Below are positions 35,359 to 45,512 of a stretch of DNA of 60,189 nucleotides, in pieces (positions within the stretch are counted from its first letter, which is position 1; every line of letters starts with the position of its first letter). The DNA is from a virus (lineage: Duplodnaviria; Caudoviricetes): positions 1 through 60,189 of IMG/VR virus record IMGVR_UViG_3300037247_001852. One strand, given 5' to 3'. Made by a program: the position numbers and the translations under genes. The notes under the pieces are model-generated. The model saw only the letters and a list, made by a program, of their open reading frames with translations, did not search any database and was not told the origin of the DNA.

Positions 35359-35595
35359 ATGGCCCCGGTCACGGTCGGCAGCGAGATATACGGCGACAGC
35401 ACCGCGGTCGCCACGGCCGTGTCGGACCGTTGGATTACGGTGAAGGAACTCTACGATCCGCCGCCCTTGCGGTCGGTGGTCACCGTAGACTTCTCCGGGA
35501 TGGTCGCCCGCGCCGAAGTCAAGCGGCTCTACCGGCTCCAGGCGAGCGACGGCGTCTGGGCCGGCATAGGGCTCCGCGTACTCGAGTGGCTCTGA
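35359..35595 (+). CDS. Hypothetical protein
   Basis: TGATG coupling. Confidence 0.45.
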   Translation: MAPVTVGSEIYGDSTAVATAVSDRWITVKELYDPPPLRSVVTVDFSGMVARAEVKRLYRLQASDGVWAGIGLRVLEWL

Positions 35596-35867
35596 GACGC
35601 ACCCGACGCCGTCGCGACCAGCCGTGGCGGCCGCAGCCCGGGATCGCTCACGTCTGGTGCGCGGCCGGTCCGATCTGCGAGGAGATCGTCCCCCGGGACG
35701 CCGGCATCACGGACGGGATGCTGGCGATGTTCGACGAGCAGCGGACCGAGCGGAAGACCTGCCCGCTCTGCCTGGCGCTCGTCCACGACTTCTTCGGCGT
35801 CGAGGCGCTCCACAACGCCATCCGCACGCGTCACGGCCGTGCTCCGGAGTACGAGGACGATGATTAG
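35586..35867 (+). CDS. Hypothetical protein
   Basis: H..C...C...CPLC motif; overlaps previous stop. Confidence 0.5.
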   Translation: MALRRTRRRRDQPWRPQPGIAHVWCAAGPICEEIVPRDAGITDGMLAMFDEQRTERKTCPLCLALVHDFFGVEALHNAIRTRHGRAPEYEDDD

Positions 35868-35929
35868 TCAGACCGTGCTAGCATTATTCCGGCTGGGCCG
35901 GTAAAAGAAGACGGAGGGACAGGAAACGA

Positions 35930-36634
35930 ATGGCGACGACGAAGGACGAGATCGCGCTGCTCACGGACGAGATCGTCGAGCTCGTGAAGCGCGCTAGATA
36001 CGAAGCCCAAGTCGCGGTGCTCGAGGGCCTCCGCGACATCTTGGAGAAGGAGGTCGACGGTGGTCTCTCTGGAGCCGATCCGACGAAGGCTGTTCGAGCT
36101 AAGCCTAAGCGAGGCGGAACGAAACAAACTCGCTCACGCGTCAACGGCCGCGCTCGAGACGACCTCGCGGACGACGAGTTCCTCGGAGCCGTCGGAGCCG
36201 GCCACGTCTGCGGGATCGACGAGTGCCAGTTCGTCGGCAGGACCGGCCAGGGGCTCGCGAACCATCGCTCGCGAAAGCACAAGGGCGTCGGCGACTTCCC
36301 GTGCTCCATCGAGGGCTGCGACCATGTTAGCCAGACGAAGAGCGGCCTCGTTATCCACGACCGGCGCAAGCACCGCGGCGGCGGCGCGGTCTTCGACGAG
36401 GCCGACCGCTGGAAGGATCCCGGCGAGGCGGGCGTCTGCGACGTCAAGGACGGCCAGTGCGACGGCGGCGTCTCCGAGTGGTCGTGCAAGTACGAGCGCA
36501 CCGCTGGCTGCAAGTTCGTCGCCCGCCGCTGCCAGACCCACCGCGGCGACTCGAGCTGCCGGATGGTCCTCGGCCACCATCACAAACACCACGACAAAGC
36601 CGGCCACGACGCGCCCATCACCTTCGACGCGTGA
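35930..36634 (+). CDS. Tandem C2H2 zinc-finger protein
   Basis: CGIDEC-x12-H-x4-H and CSIEGC-x12-H-x4-H; strong RBS; TGnTAGCAT element upstream. Confidence 0.75.
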   Translation: MATTKDEIALLTDEIVELVKRARYEAQVAVLEGLRDILEKEVDGGLSGADPTKAVRAKPKRGGTKQTRSRVNGRARDDLADDEFLGAVGAGHVCGIDECQFVGRTGQGLANHRSRKHKGVGDFPCSIEGCDHVSQTKSGLVIHDRRKHRGGGAVFDEADRWKDPGEAGVCDVKDGQCDGGVSEWSCKYERTAGCKFVARRCQTHRGDSSCRMVLGHHHKHHDKAGHDAPITFDA

Positions 36635-36635
36635 C

Positions 36636-37297
<662 letters not shown>

Positions 37298-37298
<1 letters not shown>

Positions 37299-37471
37299 TG
37301 GGACGGCCGCGCGCCTACTCCTTCGCGAAGCGGCGCTGCAAGCGCGACCCCGAGTGCCTGAGCATCGACGGCCACTACGGGCGGTGCATACTGCCGACCG
37401 AGCGGACCCGCACGGAGATGGCGAAGATAAAGAAGAAGAGCAGGCAACTCGACCTGCTCGGAGGGGATTAG
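37298..37471 (+). CDS. Small hypothetical protein
   Basis: TGATG coupling; MGRPRAYSF...QLDLLGGD. Confidence 0.55.
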
Positions 37472-37473
37472 CC

Positions 37474-37953
37474 ATGATCGACACACCCGTATCCGAAGTA
37501 GAGATCGCTCACCTGTTGAGGATGGGAGAGAAGGCCACGGGGCGCCCGTGGAAACCCTGTACCGCCAACGACGGCGCGTGCTCGTGCGGCCTGATCTGGT
37601 CGGTGCCGACGGACGTGAGCGTAGCTATCACGCATGCCCCAGAGGATGACGAGGAGATCCATTCCGAGGTCAACGACAACAACCGCTACATCGTCGCCTC
37701 CGCCAACCTCGCGCTCCGCCTCGCCATGCAACTCAGAGAAGCGCGGGCGGCGATTGAATTGCTGGCGAACGCGGTGGACACCGAGCTTATCGAGACGCTC
37801 GACACCAGCGAGGTCGTGCACGTGCACGCCCGTGACTGCCCCGGCTTCTGTGACTACGCCTGCAACGACTACCGCAACAAGCGCGTTCTGACGCTCGTCG
37901 TAGAAGCTGTGGCCGCCTCACGAGGAAAGGAGTCCGATGGAGAAACTGGCTGA
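37474..37953 (+). CDS. Ead/Ea22-like protein
   Basis: KATGRPW...NNRYIVASAN..L.L pattern; GGAGGGG RBS. Confidence 0.55.
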   Translation: MIDTPVSEVEIAHLLRMGEKATGRPWKPCTANDGACSCGLIWSVPTDVSVAITHAPEDDEEIHSEVNDNNRYIVASANLALRLAMQLREARAAIELLANAVDTELIETLDTSEVVHVHARDCPGFCDYACNDYRNKRVLTLVVEAVAASRGKESDGETG

Positions 37954-38119
37954 AGAGATCGTCGACGCCGTGCTCGAGGAGATCGCGCGCTCGCCGGAGA
38001 TGGACAGGTGCGGGCTCCGGCGGGACCGGATGGTCGGCAAGGTCAAGGGGCTCATCGAGACGAGCCCGCGCGTCCGGGTGCGCGTCCGGCGCGGACAGGC
38101 GGACGGAGCTGGGCTGTGA
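37937..38119 (+). CDS. Hypothetical protein
   Basis: AAGGAG RBS. Confidence 0.55.
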   Translation: MEKLAEEIVDAVLEEIARSPEMDRCGLRRDRMVGKVKGLIETSPRVRVRVRRGQADGAGL

Positions 38120-38406
38120 GCGTCGACTGTCACTGCAACGCGGGCGGTATGTGCGGCTGTACCGCGGACGAGCACGGCGTCATCTATGACCGCGACGGCA
38201 AGATGCTCATGAGCTACGCGAACCGCTGTCGCTTCTACGAGGAGGTCGAGAAGCCGAAGCTGCTCGCTAACGGAGAGAGAGTCGCCGAGTTGGAGCAGCG
38301 GCTGGGGCGCGTCGAGCAAGCGGCCGAGGTCCTCGAGGCGCAACTCGATCGCCCGACTTGCAAGCGATGCGGTCGCTTTATGGACATGATCACGGAGGAC
38401 GACTGA
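38116..38406 (+). CDS. Hypothetical protein
   Basis: GTGA overlap; Cys motifs and coiled coil. Confidence 0.55.
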   Translation: MSVDCHCNAGGMCGCTADEHGVIYDRDGKMLMSYANRCRFYEEVEKPKLLANGERVAELEQRLGRVEQAAEVLEAQLDRPTCKRCGRFMDMITEDD

Positions 38407-38681
38407 TGGGCTTCAAGGCGCGAGAGCGCGTCGTGACCGTCTACTACGAGGACATCGCCACGCTCCAGGGCTGGCATATACTCGACGCGGCCGGGCGCGA
38501 CCGGACGCTGGAGTGCGCGGTGTCGGGCTTCCTCGTCGACCGCGACAGCGAGCGGATCCGCGTCGCCCATCACGCGTGCGAGGACGACGGCGAATACGCC
38601 GAGCTCACTTCGATCCCGATGGGCTGCGTCCGGCGCATCGTCTACCACGGGACCGCGGGAAGGAAGAAGGTGACGTCATGA
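38406..38681 (+). CDS. Conserved-looking phage hypothetical protein
   Basis: V.YED...GW...C..SGFL...IPMGCV..I. Confidence 0.7.
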   Translation: MGFKARERVVTVYYEDIATLQGWHILDAAGRDRTLECAVSGFLVDRDSERIRVAHHACEDDGEYAELTSIPMGCVRRIVYHGTAGRKKVTS

Positions 38682-38715
38682 CGGAGAGCCACCCCGTGAG
38701 CGGTAGGAGGACGAC

Positions 38716-38922
38716 ATGGGCATGAAGCCGAGGCCGAGGAAGGACCCAGAGTACACACCAGAGGCACGGCGGATGGTCGCCCACGGCTTAGTGCAGGGCT
38801 ACCTGAACGATTGCCGTGAAGAGTGGTGTGGTTTCGAAATGGGCGAAGCCGAAGAGGCATTGGTCATCGGGATCTCCATCGCCCTGGGCCACGCGCACTC
38901 TCTGAGGAAGGCCACCCCATGA
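38716..38922 (+). CDS. Hypothetical protein
   Basis: AGGAGG RBS. Confidence 0.6.
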   Translation: MGMKPRPRKDPEYTPEARRMVAHGLVQGYLNDCREEWCGFEMGEAEEALVIGISIALGHAHSLRKATP

Positions 38923-39365
38923 CTAGCCAGCCCACGAAGCACCCACACCCCGGGCCAATGGACCCGCTGGTCTGCCCGAAATGCGGCGTCCCCAAGATGC
39001 GCCCAGGCGGTGGCGTTGTTCGCGGTTGCGACTGCCCACCGGACACCCGGACCACCCGACCTACTACGCCAGAGGAGCGGGAAGCGGCGTACCTGGACCA
39101 CCAAGGCGACCCCGCGTGGGAGTGGGAACGTCGCCTGCTCGACGACATCGAGGAGCGGGATGTGTTGCTGGAGCGAGCAATGGGACCTTGCTCAGCCACG
39201 GACATGAAGCTGCGCAACGACATCCGCGCCCTACTCGCTACATCCAGTAGCGGTACAGAGGGGGATAGCGATCGGGTGTCGGTCTGTCCGGCATGTAGCT
39301 TCAGGGGCGGCATGCACACGCCTTCGTGTCCTCGTCCCGACAAAGGGGATAGCGATGCCGGGTAA
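38919..39365 (+). CDS. Hypothetical mosaic protein
   Basis: ATGA overlap; Cys motifs at both ends. Confidence 0.6.
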   Translation: MTSQPTKHPHPGPMDPLVCPKCGVPKMRPGGGVVRGCDCPPDTRTTRPTTPEEREAAYLDHQGDPAWEWERRLLDDIEERDVLLERAMGPCSATDMKLRNDIRALLATSSSGTEGDSDRVSVCPACSFRGGMHTPSCPRPDKGDSDAG

Positions 39366-39693
39366 GCCCTGCGTTCACGGACATGTCACCGACGACGCCG
39401 GCCAGAGGCCGTGTGTGAACTGCCTCCGGGCGAAACTGAGCACGCGCGACCTCCAAGTCCGCTCCCTCGAACGTGAGCGGGACAAGCTGCGCACCTGCAT
39501 GACGCTGGACCGGAAGACGATTGCCAGGCGCACCGAGCAACGAGATCGCTACAAGGAGGCGCTGGAGGCAATCTGCGGCAAGAGTTCCGCGGACAAGTCG
39601 CCACGACAACGGTTGATCGACATTAACCACGCTTTGAAGCGCCTCGCACGTGCCGCCCTAGCCTCCATCCCGAAGGGGGATACCGATGGCTGA
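39355..39693 (+). CDS. Hypothetical coiled-coil protein
   Basis: AGGGGA RBS. Confidence 0.6.
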   Translation: MPGKPCVHGHVTDDAGQRPCVNCLRAKLSTRDLQVRSLERERDKLRTCMTLDRKTIARRTEQRDRYKEALEAICGKSSADKSPRQRLIDINHALKRLARAALASIPKGDTDG

Positions 39694-40003
39694 CATCACG
39701 CCCATTTTCGTAACCGGACAAGCACCGGAGTGGATGGTCTGCAAGCAAAAGGACGGCACGTTCGTCTACGGCGAGGGCTGGTCAGCCGAGACCGTGATCG
39801 AAGAACTCGCTACACGCCTCACCGATCGAGATCGCCGTATAGCGGAGGCGCGAGAGTTGGTGGAGCGGCTACTGGGCGACCTGGAGTCGTGTATTCAGTG
39901 GCACAGCAAGGCAGACGCCTACCGCCCGGACACGCGAGTTTGGACCCGTGACTACATCCGTAAGTGGCTCGCTACCGCAGACAAGGAGCCGGCTGGTGGG
40001 TAA
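39686..40003 (+). CDS. Hypothetical protein
   Basis: AGGGGGA RBS. Confidence 0.6.
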   Translation: MADITPIFVTGQAPEWMVCKQKDGTFVYGEGWSAETVIEELATRLTDRDRRIAEARELVERLLGDLESCIQWHSKADAYRPDTRVWTRDYIRKWLATADKEPAGG

Positions 40004-40202
40004 GCGGGTATTGTGTGCGCTGTGCCGCCGAGTGTTACCACAAAAGGACCGGCCCAAACTCAAGGGTGCTCGACGCTATGTCCATGAGATATGCGACCTG
40101 CGAGCAGCTGAGTGGGTCAAGGACAGCTGGGAATCCCTGCCCGACCCGAGGACGTTCCGCAAATGACGGGACCCCGCATGACCGGGCAGGAGAGGTGCTG
40201 AT

Positions 40203-40718
40203 ATGGACGTCAACGGCCATCCCTACGATCTGTTTTCGCAAGCGTGTGTCGACGCCCTCCGCCTACAGCTAGAGAGAGCGGAGGCGGAACGGGACGAGGC
40301 TAGGAAGACGTTGGCGCACGGCTACGAAGAAGCGTTGCGGGCGATGGACCGTAGTGCCCTCGTTGCTGCGGAGCAGGAAACACTCAAGGCGCAAGAGAAC
40401 TCCGCCGCCGCCGAGGAGCGGGTAGCGACCCTGGCGCCGTTCGTGGAGGAGATAGCGAAGCGGCCGTGTCGGCGTGTGACTTGCCGGCAAGGGCGAGAGA
40501 ACCCGCCCTGCGACTCCTGCCGCGCCCGCGCCCTCGCTTCCCCCGGGGAGGTTGGGACGCGGCTCACCGATGAAGTGATCAACAAGTGCCTCGAAGGCGC
40601 GGCCGACGTCGCGAGGGAAGTAGCGGAGCAACTCAAAGGGACCGACAGCATCCCGGGCAGCCTGAGCGGGATGCGGATACGTGGTGCGCCCCCGGAGCCA
40701 GAGGAGAGTGACTCGTGA
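40203..40718 (+). CDS. Hypothetical coiled-coil protein
   Basis: GAGGT RBS. Confidence 0.6.
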   Translation: MDVNGHPYDLFSQACVDALRLQLERAEAERDEARKTLAHGYEEALRAMDRSALVAAEQETLKAQENSAAAEERVATLAPFVEEIAKRPCRRVTCRQGRENPPCDSCRARALASPGEVGTRLTDEVINKCLEGAADVAREVAEQLKGTDSIPGSLSGMRIRGAPPEPEESDS

Positions 40719-41470
40719 GCGCAAGTGAGATGGAAGCGATCATTGGCTGCCCCGGCTGTGATGCGCTGACCGCGCGCATCCGCGACCTGGAGCAGCGCCT
40801 AGAGGCTGCGACCAAGACACACGCCGAGGAGGACGGTCTCCGCCGGCTCGCCCAACAACACGCAGCCACAGCCGAGCGGCGCTGTACCGAGCTGACGGCA
40901 GCAAACCAAGGCTGGCAGATGGTCGAAGACGAGCGAGTAAAGTTCATCGCTGGTCTCGAGGAGCGCTGTACCGAGCTCGAGGCGCTGCTGGGGCGGGTCC
41001 AGAAAGAACTCGGCGCTGGATGGGCCAACAAGGGGATCGCCGCCGACCTCTCGCTCCTTGCCGACATCCGCGCAGCCCTCACCTCCGACAGTGCGCTACC
41101 CAACGAGCCGCGGCGGGTCCGGAGCCTCGACGCCATCAAGGCCGGAACCCTCGTCGAAATCCACGGTAAGGGCCTCGGTGGTGGATGGCGGTGCACGGGG
41201 TGCGACTGGGCTATTACCAAGGGGCTGCCTCCGTGGCACGAGTGCAAGCCTACATCGCTACCCGATGAGCCGCCGCCCGCCCCTCTCCAGCCCGGCGCCA
41301 AGTGCAGCAACGGCGACGAGTTCTGGTGCTCGATCCACTGCCCGCTCGACCGAGCGACGAGCGGCGTCGGCCAGCTCCTCTATCACAACTGCAACGCCGG
41401 CACGGCGTGCTGCTCGGAGCACTGCGCTCCGCAAGAAACACGACAAACCAAAGGAGACCAGCATGGCTAA
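40715..41470 (+). CDS. Coiled-coil plus Cys-rich mosaic protein
   Basis: GTGA overlap; duplicated E(R/E)RCTEL. Confidence 0.6.
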   Translation: MSASEMEAIIGCPGCDALTARIRDLEQRLEAATKTHAEEDGLRRLAQQHAATAERRCTELTAANQGWQMVEDERVKFIAGLEERCTELEALLGRVQKELGAGWANKGIAADLSLLADIRAALTSDSALPNEPRRVRSLDAIKAGTLVEIHGKGLGGGWRCTGCDWAITKGLPPWHECKPTSLPDEPPPAPLQPGAKCSNGDEFWCSIHCPLDRATSGVGQLLYHNCNAGTACCSEHCAPQETRQTKGDQHG

Positions 41471-41807
41471 GTTCCGCAAGAAGCCCATCGTCATCGAGGC
41501 CACGCAGTGGTTCAAGAACGGCGACCATCCTGACGACGCCTGCGTCACGATGTCACCAGAACCAACACCGGCGGGATGCGATCCGGTGCTGTCAGAAGGA
41601 AGGGTGGTTCGTTACTTCCGTCGCCCAGACGTCTCGGGGGATCGGGCTTGCGAGAAGTGCGACCGCACCATGCACGACCACGGCTGGATCGACACTCTCG
41701 AAGGTGCCCACATCGTCTGCCCGGGTGACTGGGTCATCACCGGCGTACAGGGCGAGCGATACCCGTGCAAGCCCGACATCTTCGAGGCCACCTACGAGCC
41801 GGTCTAA
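41463..41807 (+). CDS. Widespread phage protein of the RKKP...TLEG...GD...YPCKPDIF..TYE family
   Basis: AAAGGAG RBS; motifs read directly. Confidence 0.8.
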   Translation: MAKFRKKPIVIEATQWFKNGDHPDDACVTMSPEPTPAGCDPVLSEGRVVRYFRRPDVSGDRACEKCDRTMHDHGWIDTLEGAHIVCPGDWVITGVQGERYPCKPDIFEATYEPV

Positions 41808-41811
41808 GAAC

Positions 41812-42267
41812 GTGAGCGACAAGAGAATGGAAGCGGTCGGCCACGCGGCCCTGGCCGTCATGGAGTTAAAGTCGGCGCTCGAGAACGCCGAAGAGGTCAC
41901 CGGCGCCGCGGTGGCCGACCGCAGCATCGTGGAACTGATCGCGCCGGCGGCGACGGACGCGGCGGCGGCGTTCGCCCACCTGAAGAACGCGATGGACTGC
42001 GCCAACGCGGACGAGGAGGCGAGCTACGGGGTCGCCGGCATGGGCCCGGGCGAGTGGGAGAAGATCGCCCGCTTCCTTTGGGGCTTGCTCGACAACATCG
42101 ACACGCTCGACGACGCGTGCAAGGGGAACGACGGCGCGTTCCGAAAGCAGGCCCGCGCGCAGCAGAAGAAGCGCTGGCTGATCAGCGACAGCGACGGCCA
42201 CGAGCTGACGTTCAGGCCGCTGCCGCACACGTTCACGGAGGAGCCCGATGCTGCCGGTCCCGTCTAG
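41812..42267 (+). CDS. Hypothetical protein
   Basis: LWGLLDNIDTLDD motif. Confidence 0.6.
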   Translation: MSDKRMEAVGHAALAVMELKSALENAEEVTGAAVADRSIVELIAPAATDAAAAFAHLKNAMDCANADEEASYGVAGMGPGEWEKIARFLWGLLDNIDTLDDACKGNDGAFRKQARAQQKKRWLISDSDGHELTFRPLPHTFTEEPDAAGPV

Positions 42268-42529
42268 CACCTGGCGCCTGTTCCGCAACGAGTCGCCGCA
42301 CCTCCGCGTCGAGCGGACCGACGTCGTCGAGGTCGAGGAGCTCGCGCCGATCAAGCCCGGGTCGATCCCGGACCAGGTCCTCACGCTGCTGACCAAGCGC
42401 CCGATGCGGGTCGCCGAGATCCACGTCGCCATCGGCCGGACGTACGGCACGGCGACCGACGCGGTCCAGCGGCTCCGCCGGCGCGGGCTCATCAAGAAGG
42501 GCGGGCAGTGCCAGTGGCGGGTAGCGTGA
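42248..42529 (+). CDS. Winged-helix DNA-binding protein
   Basis: PMRVAEI...AVQRLRRRGLI...W. Confidence 0.65.
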   Translation: MLPVPSSTWRLFRNESPHLRVERTDVVEVEELAPIKPGSIPDQVLTLLTKRPMRVAEIHVAIGRTYGTATDAVQRLRRRGLIKKGGQCQWRVA

Positions 42530-42717
42530 AGAACTGCCAGCATCCACTCGCTGGGCTCCGCGTTCTGGAGAGCGCCGACCGCCGTATATGGTGGTGCGGT
42601 ACCTGCGGCGCTATCGCGTCGTTCGACGGTGGCGGGCTCATCGTCGTCCGGCCTCGATCGAAGATACCGCCAGGGCAGACCGCCTGGGTTCGACCCGGGC
42701 CCGACTGGGATAACTAA
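42526..42717 (+). CDS. Small hypothetical protein
   Basis: GTGA overlap; WCGTCG. Confidence 0.5.
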   Translation: MKNCQHPLAGLRVLESADRRIWWCGTCGAIASFDGGGLIVVRPRSKIPPGQTAWVRPGPDWDN

Positions 42718-42737
42718 GCCGTAAGAAAGGGATACCT

Positions 42738-43055
42738 ATGCTCACGTGGAACTACCGCTGCTGCGCGACTGAGTGCGGCGCCAAGGCGATGGACCTCAAG
42801 AAGCTGCCGCCCGGGTGGGGAAGCATCTACGCGTCCGTCACGCTCGAGGACGCCGATGACGACCAGCACATCGAGAACAAGACGCTATACTTCTGCCCGG
42901 ACCACGTCACCGCCGAGGCGATCACGCCGCCGCTCGACCGTCTGCTCAAGAAGGTCCGGGCCGCCGCTGACGAAGCGGTTAGGAGTACCGCCGCCGAACG
43001 TCGCCGCTCCCCGAAGTGGAAGCAGCCCCGCCAGCTCGACGACGACCAGGGATGA
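42738..43055 (+). CDS. Hypothetical protein
   Basis: C...C..PPGW...FCPDH. Confidence 0.65.
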   Translation: MLTWNYRCCATECGAKAMDLKKLPPGWGSIYASVTLEDADDDQHIENKTLYFCPDHVTAEAITPPLDRLLKKVRAAADEAVRSTAAERRRSPKWKQPRQLDDDQG

Positions 43056-43345
43056 CGAATCCCGGGCTGCTGGCCTATACGCACCAGGCCCGCCAGCTCG
43101 CGGCCGCCGCCGAGTTCGGCGCCGCCGACTGGGCCGACTGCGACTGCGACGGGCCCTTCGCTGACGGCGCCGAGCCCGAGTACTATGACGACCGCCAGAC
43201 CGCGCTCCGGCGCTACTTCCGTCACAAGCTGCTCGGGACGCGCTACTGGGCGGTCCACTGCCGCTGGCGTCACCTCCTCCACGTCCACTCCACGCTGTTG
43301 AGCCTCTGCCCAGAGTGCCGGCGCCGGCACGCTGCGGCGGCCTGA
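43052..43345 (+). CDS. Hypothetical protein
   Basis: ATGA overlap. Confidence 0.55.
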   Translation: MTNPGLLAYTHQARQLAAAAEFGAADWADCDCDGPFADGAEPEYYDDRQTALRRYFRHKLLGTRYWAVHCRWRHLLHVHSTLLSLCPECRRRHAAAA

Positions 43346-43389
43346 GTTTTCCGGTACCAGCGGACTAAAAAAAGGAGTACAACCGAACT

Positions 43390-44079
43390 ATGTCCACCAC
43401 GTTTTCCATCCAGACCTCAGAAGTTCGCCGCCGCGTCGTGGAGCTCACCCACGCGATCACCGAGATCACGCAGGCCCGCGTGCGCATGGCCGCCGAGAAC
43501 CCGCTCGACGGGGGGATCGAGGAGTGCGTAGCTCAGACCGTCGCGTTCGGCGCGATGTTCCACGCCGCCGCGCTGCAGCTGCCCCCGGACGAGTCGGTCC
43601 GCGACTACATCAAGGATCTCGTGAGCGAGACGCTCCGGGACATGGTCGGAGGGAACGACAAGCCGCTCATCTACGGCGCGAACAACGAGATCGCGAATGC
43701 GTCGACTCCGCCGATGCTGGACGACGTCCGCGCTCGTCTCGAGGAGGCGCTGCCCGAGCCCGACACGAGCGACTGGACCTGCCTGATCTGCGGCTGCGCC
43801 GACGACCGGCCGTGCCCGCGCGGCTGTCGCTGGGTCGCCGAGAAGATCTGCTCGACCTGCGCGCCGCAGAACCAGATCAAGATCGGCACGCTCAAGGACT
43901 TCGTCGGCGAGACCGTCATGCTGACCGATCAGGGAGCCGTCACCGTCACGTCCGTCGAGGGCGCCGTCGCCGTCGTCGTCGGCGCGACCCCACGGACGGA
44001 CACTGAACCACCAAGAACGCTCTGGGCAGGAACCGGTTGCATCCTGTTCACCGGGGAGTCTATCTATGGCGACGATTAA
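43390..44079 (+). CDS. Hypothetical protein with CxxCGC..DxxCxxGCxW...CSxC Zn domain
   Basis: AAGGAG RBS; motif read directly. Confidence 0.7.
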   Translation: MSTTFSIQTSEVRRRVVELTHAITEITQARVRMAAENPLDGGIEECVAQTVAFGAMFHAAALQLPPDESVRDYIKDLVSETLRDMVGGNDKPLIYGANNEIANASTPPMLDDVRARLEEALPEPDTSDWTCLICGCADDRPCPRGCRWVAEKICSTCAPQNQIKIGTLKDFVGETVMLTDQGAVTVTSVEGAVAVVVGATPRTDTEPPRTLWAGTGCILFTGESIYGDD

Positions 44080-44353
44080 CGAGGCCATAGCGCGGTGCTC
44101 GGATTGCGACCCGGGCCGGGTGGCGACGTCGGGTGGCTGCTTCGGCTCGCGGATGCAGCAGCGCCTCGAGCGCTACCGCGGCTGGCCGATGGACGACCGG
44201 TTCTGGGCGCTGTGGACCGCGGAGCTGATCGACCTGTACTGCCGAGAGGGACTGTGCGGGAAGCACTCGGCGATCTTCGCGGCGCACTCCGTGATGGAGG
44301 TGCGCCGGCGGAAGCCCGCACCGTTCGCGCAGCCCGACATTATCCTCCGCTAG
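44066..44353 (+). CDS. Hypothetical protein
   Basis: GGGGAG RBS. Confidence 0.55.
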   Translation: MATINEAIARCSDCDPGRVATSGGCFGSRMQQRLERYRGWPMDDRFWALWTAELIDLYCREGLCGKHSAIFAAHSVMEVRRRKPAPFAQPDIILR

Positions 44354-44357
44354 TTAG

Positions 44358-44387
44358 TTGACCTTTGTCCGACCCTGGCTGTAAATT
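44358..44387 (+). promoter_or_regulatory. Sigma70-type promoter ahead of the packaging region
   Basis: TTGACC-18 nt-TAAATT, 6 nt before GTG 44394. Confidence 0.65.
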
Positions 44388-44393
44388 AGTCGC

Positions 44394-44777
44394 GTGGAGG
44401 TGCAGCCCCAGGGAACGCCGAAGATCCGCGCGCCGGCCACGGCCACGGTCGAGTTGGCCGCACTGAAGCGCGTCGCGAACCCGTACATCACAGCGATGAC
44501 GCAGGCCGACCGGTCGGTCCTGAAGCGCGTCATGCTCGAGGCTGGCTATCACCAGGAGTACGCGGAGTTGGCGATCCGCGACCGGTCCCGGGCGATGGTC
44601 CGCGCCGAGCAGCTCATCGTCTGGCTCGGCCACGTCCCGCCGCTCAAGCGCATCGACGAGCTCGTCGCGGCCGGGCTAGAGTACCTGCCGAACGACTTGC
44701 GCCAGAAGGAGAGCATTCAACACCTTCTGCGCGCGGTCGCGGCCATGATAGAAACCGCAACAGGAGGACAGGAATGA
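44394..44777 (+). CDS. Hypothetical protein
   Basis: Leaderless-type start; ATGA overlap with the next gene. Confidence 0.65.
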   Translation: MEVQPQGTPKIRAPATATVELAALKRVANPYITAMTQADRSVLKRVMLEAGYHQEYAELAIRDRSRAMVRAEQLIVWLGHVPPLKRIDELVAAGLEYLPNDLRQKESIQHLLRAVAAMIETATGGQE

Positions 44778-45106
44778 GCCCAGAAGGAAACTTGAGCGAG
44801 CTGAAACGCATGGAGTTGGAAGCGATGTCGGATGGGAACGCTGAGAAGGTAGCCCCTACGACCAAGCCCAAGCCGGCGCCGCCGGCGTACGACGAGCTGC
44901 TCGACGCGCTCTTCACGTACCACAAGCCGGACGAGTACCAGATTGCGCACTATGCCGCGGTCCGCGAGAAGGCCCGCGAGATGGCGCAGGTCATCCACGA
45001 CTCGTGCCCGCCGTCGGCCGACCGGACCGCCGCGATGCGGCAGCTCCAGGACACCGTGATGACCGCGAACCGGGCCATCGCGCTCCAGGGCCGCAGCTAC
45101 CGCTAA
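44774..45106 (+). CDS. Acb2/Tad1-like helical-hairpin protein (candidate immune-signal sponge)
   Basis: FTYHKP...Q...Y..VREKA...CP.S.DR..A...L...VM.AN.AIA. Confidence 0.7.
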   Translation: MSPEGNLSELKRMELEAMSDGNAEKVAPTTKPKPAPPAYDELLDALFTYHKPDEYQIAHYAAVREKAREMAQVIHDSCPPSADRTAAMRQLQDTVMTANRAIALQGRSYR

Positions 45107-45131
45107 CTAGTCGCTAGTTAGCAACTAAGTA

Positions 45132-45512
45132 GTGCCCTGGAAGATCGTCATCGCCGTCGCGGTCCTCGCCGCGATCGGCGCCGGCCTGCTCTGGTTCCGG
45201 CGCCGTGCCCTGCTCCACGTCGAAGCGGAGGAGGCGCGCCGGCTACTGATCGACCCGCCACCTACCGAGCAGTCCGCGTTCCTCACGATCCGGATGTCGG
45301 TCGGCGCCGTCGGCGGCCATGTCGTCTTCCCGAAGGGGCAGCTGATCTTCGGCCCGCCCGGCGTGGTCTACGAGATCAAGGAAGAGACGCGGAGCCGCCC
45401 GGGCCACGACGCGGTCGACGTCCCGGTCGAGCGGCTCACCCAGGCGCAGCAGGAGATCCGACGGGCGAAGCTCGAAAAGGAGAGGAGACGGCGTGCACGA
45501 GCAGGATCTTGA
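45132..45512 (+). CDS. Membrane-anchored hypothetical protein
   Basis: N-terminal TM segment. Confidence 0.6.
   Translation: MPWKIVIAVAVLAAIGAGLLWFRRRALLHVEAEEARRLLIDPPPTEQSAFLTIRMSVGAVGGHVVFPKGQLIFGPPGVVYEIKEETRSRPGHDAVDVPVERLTQAQQEIRRAKLEKERRRRARAGS

Noticed and set aside
43366-43373. Poly-A run as a phase-variable tract
   Set aside because: Intergenic and just 5' of an RBS; more simply a translation enhancer
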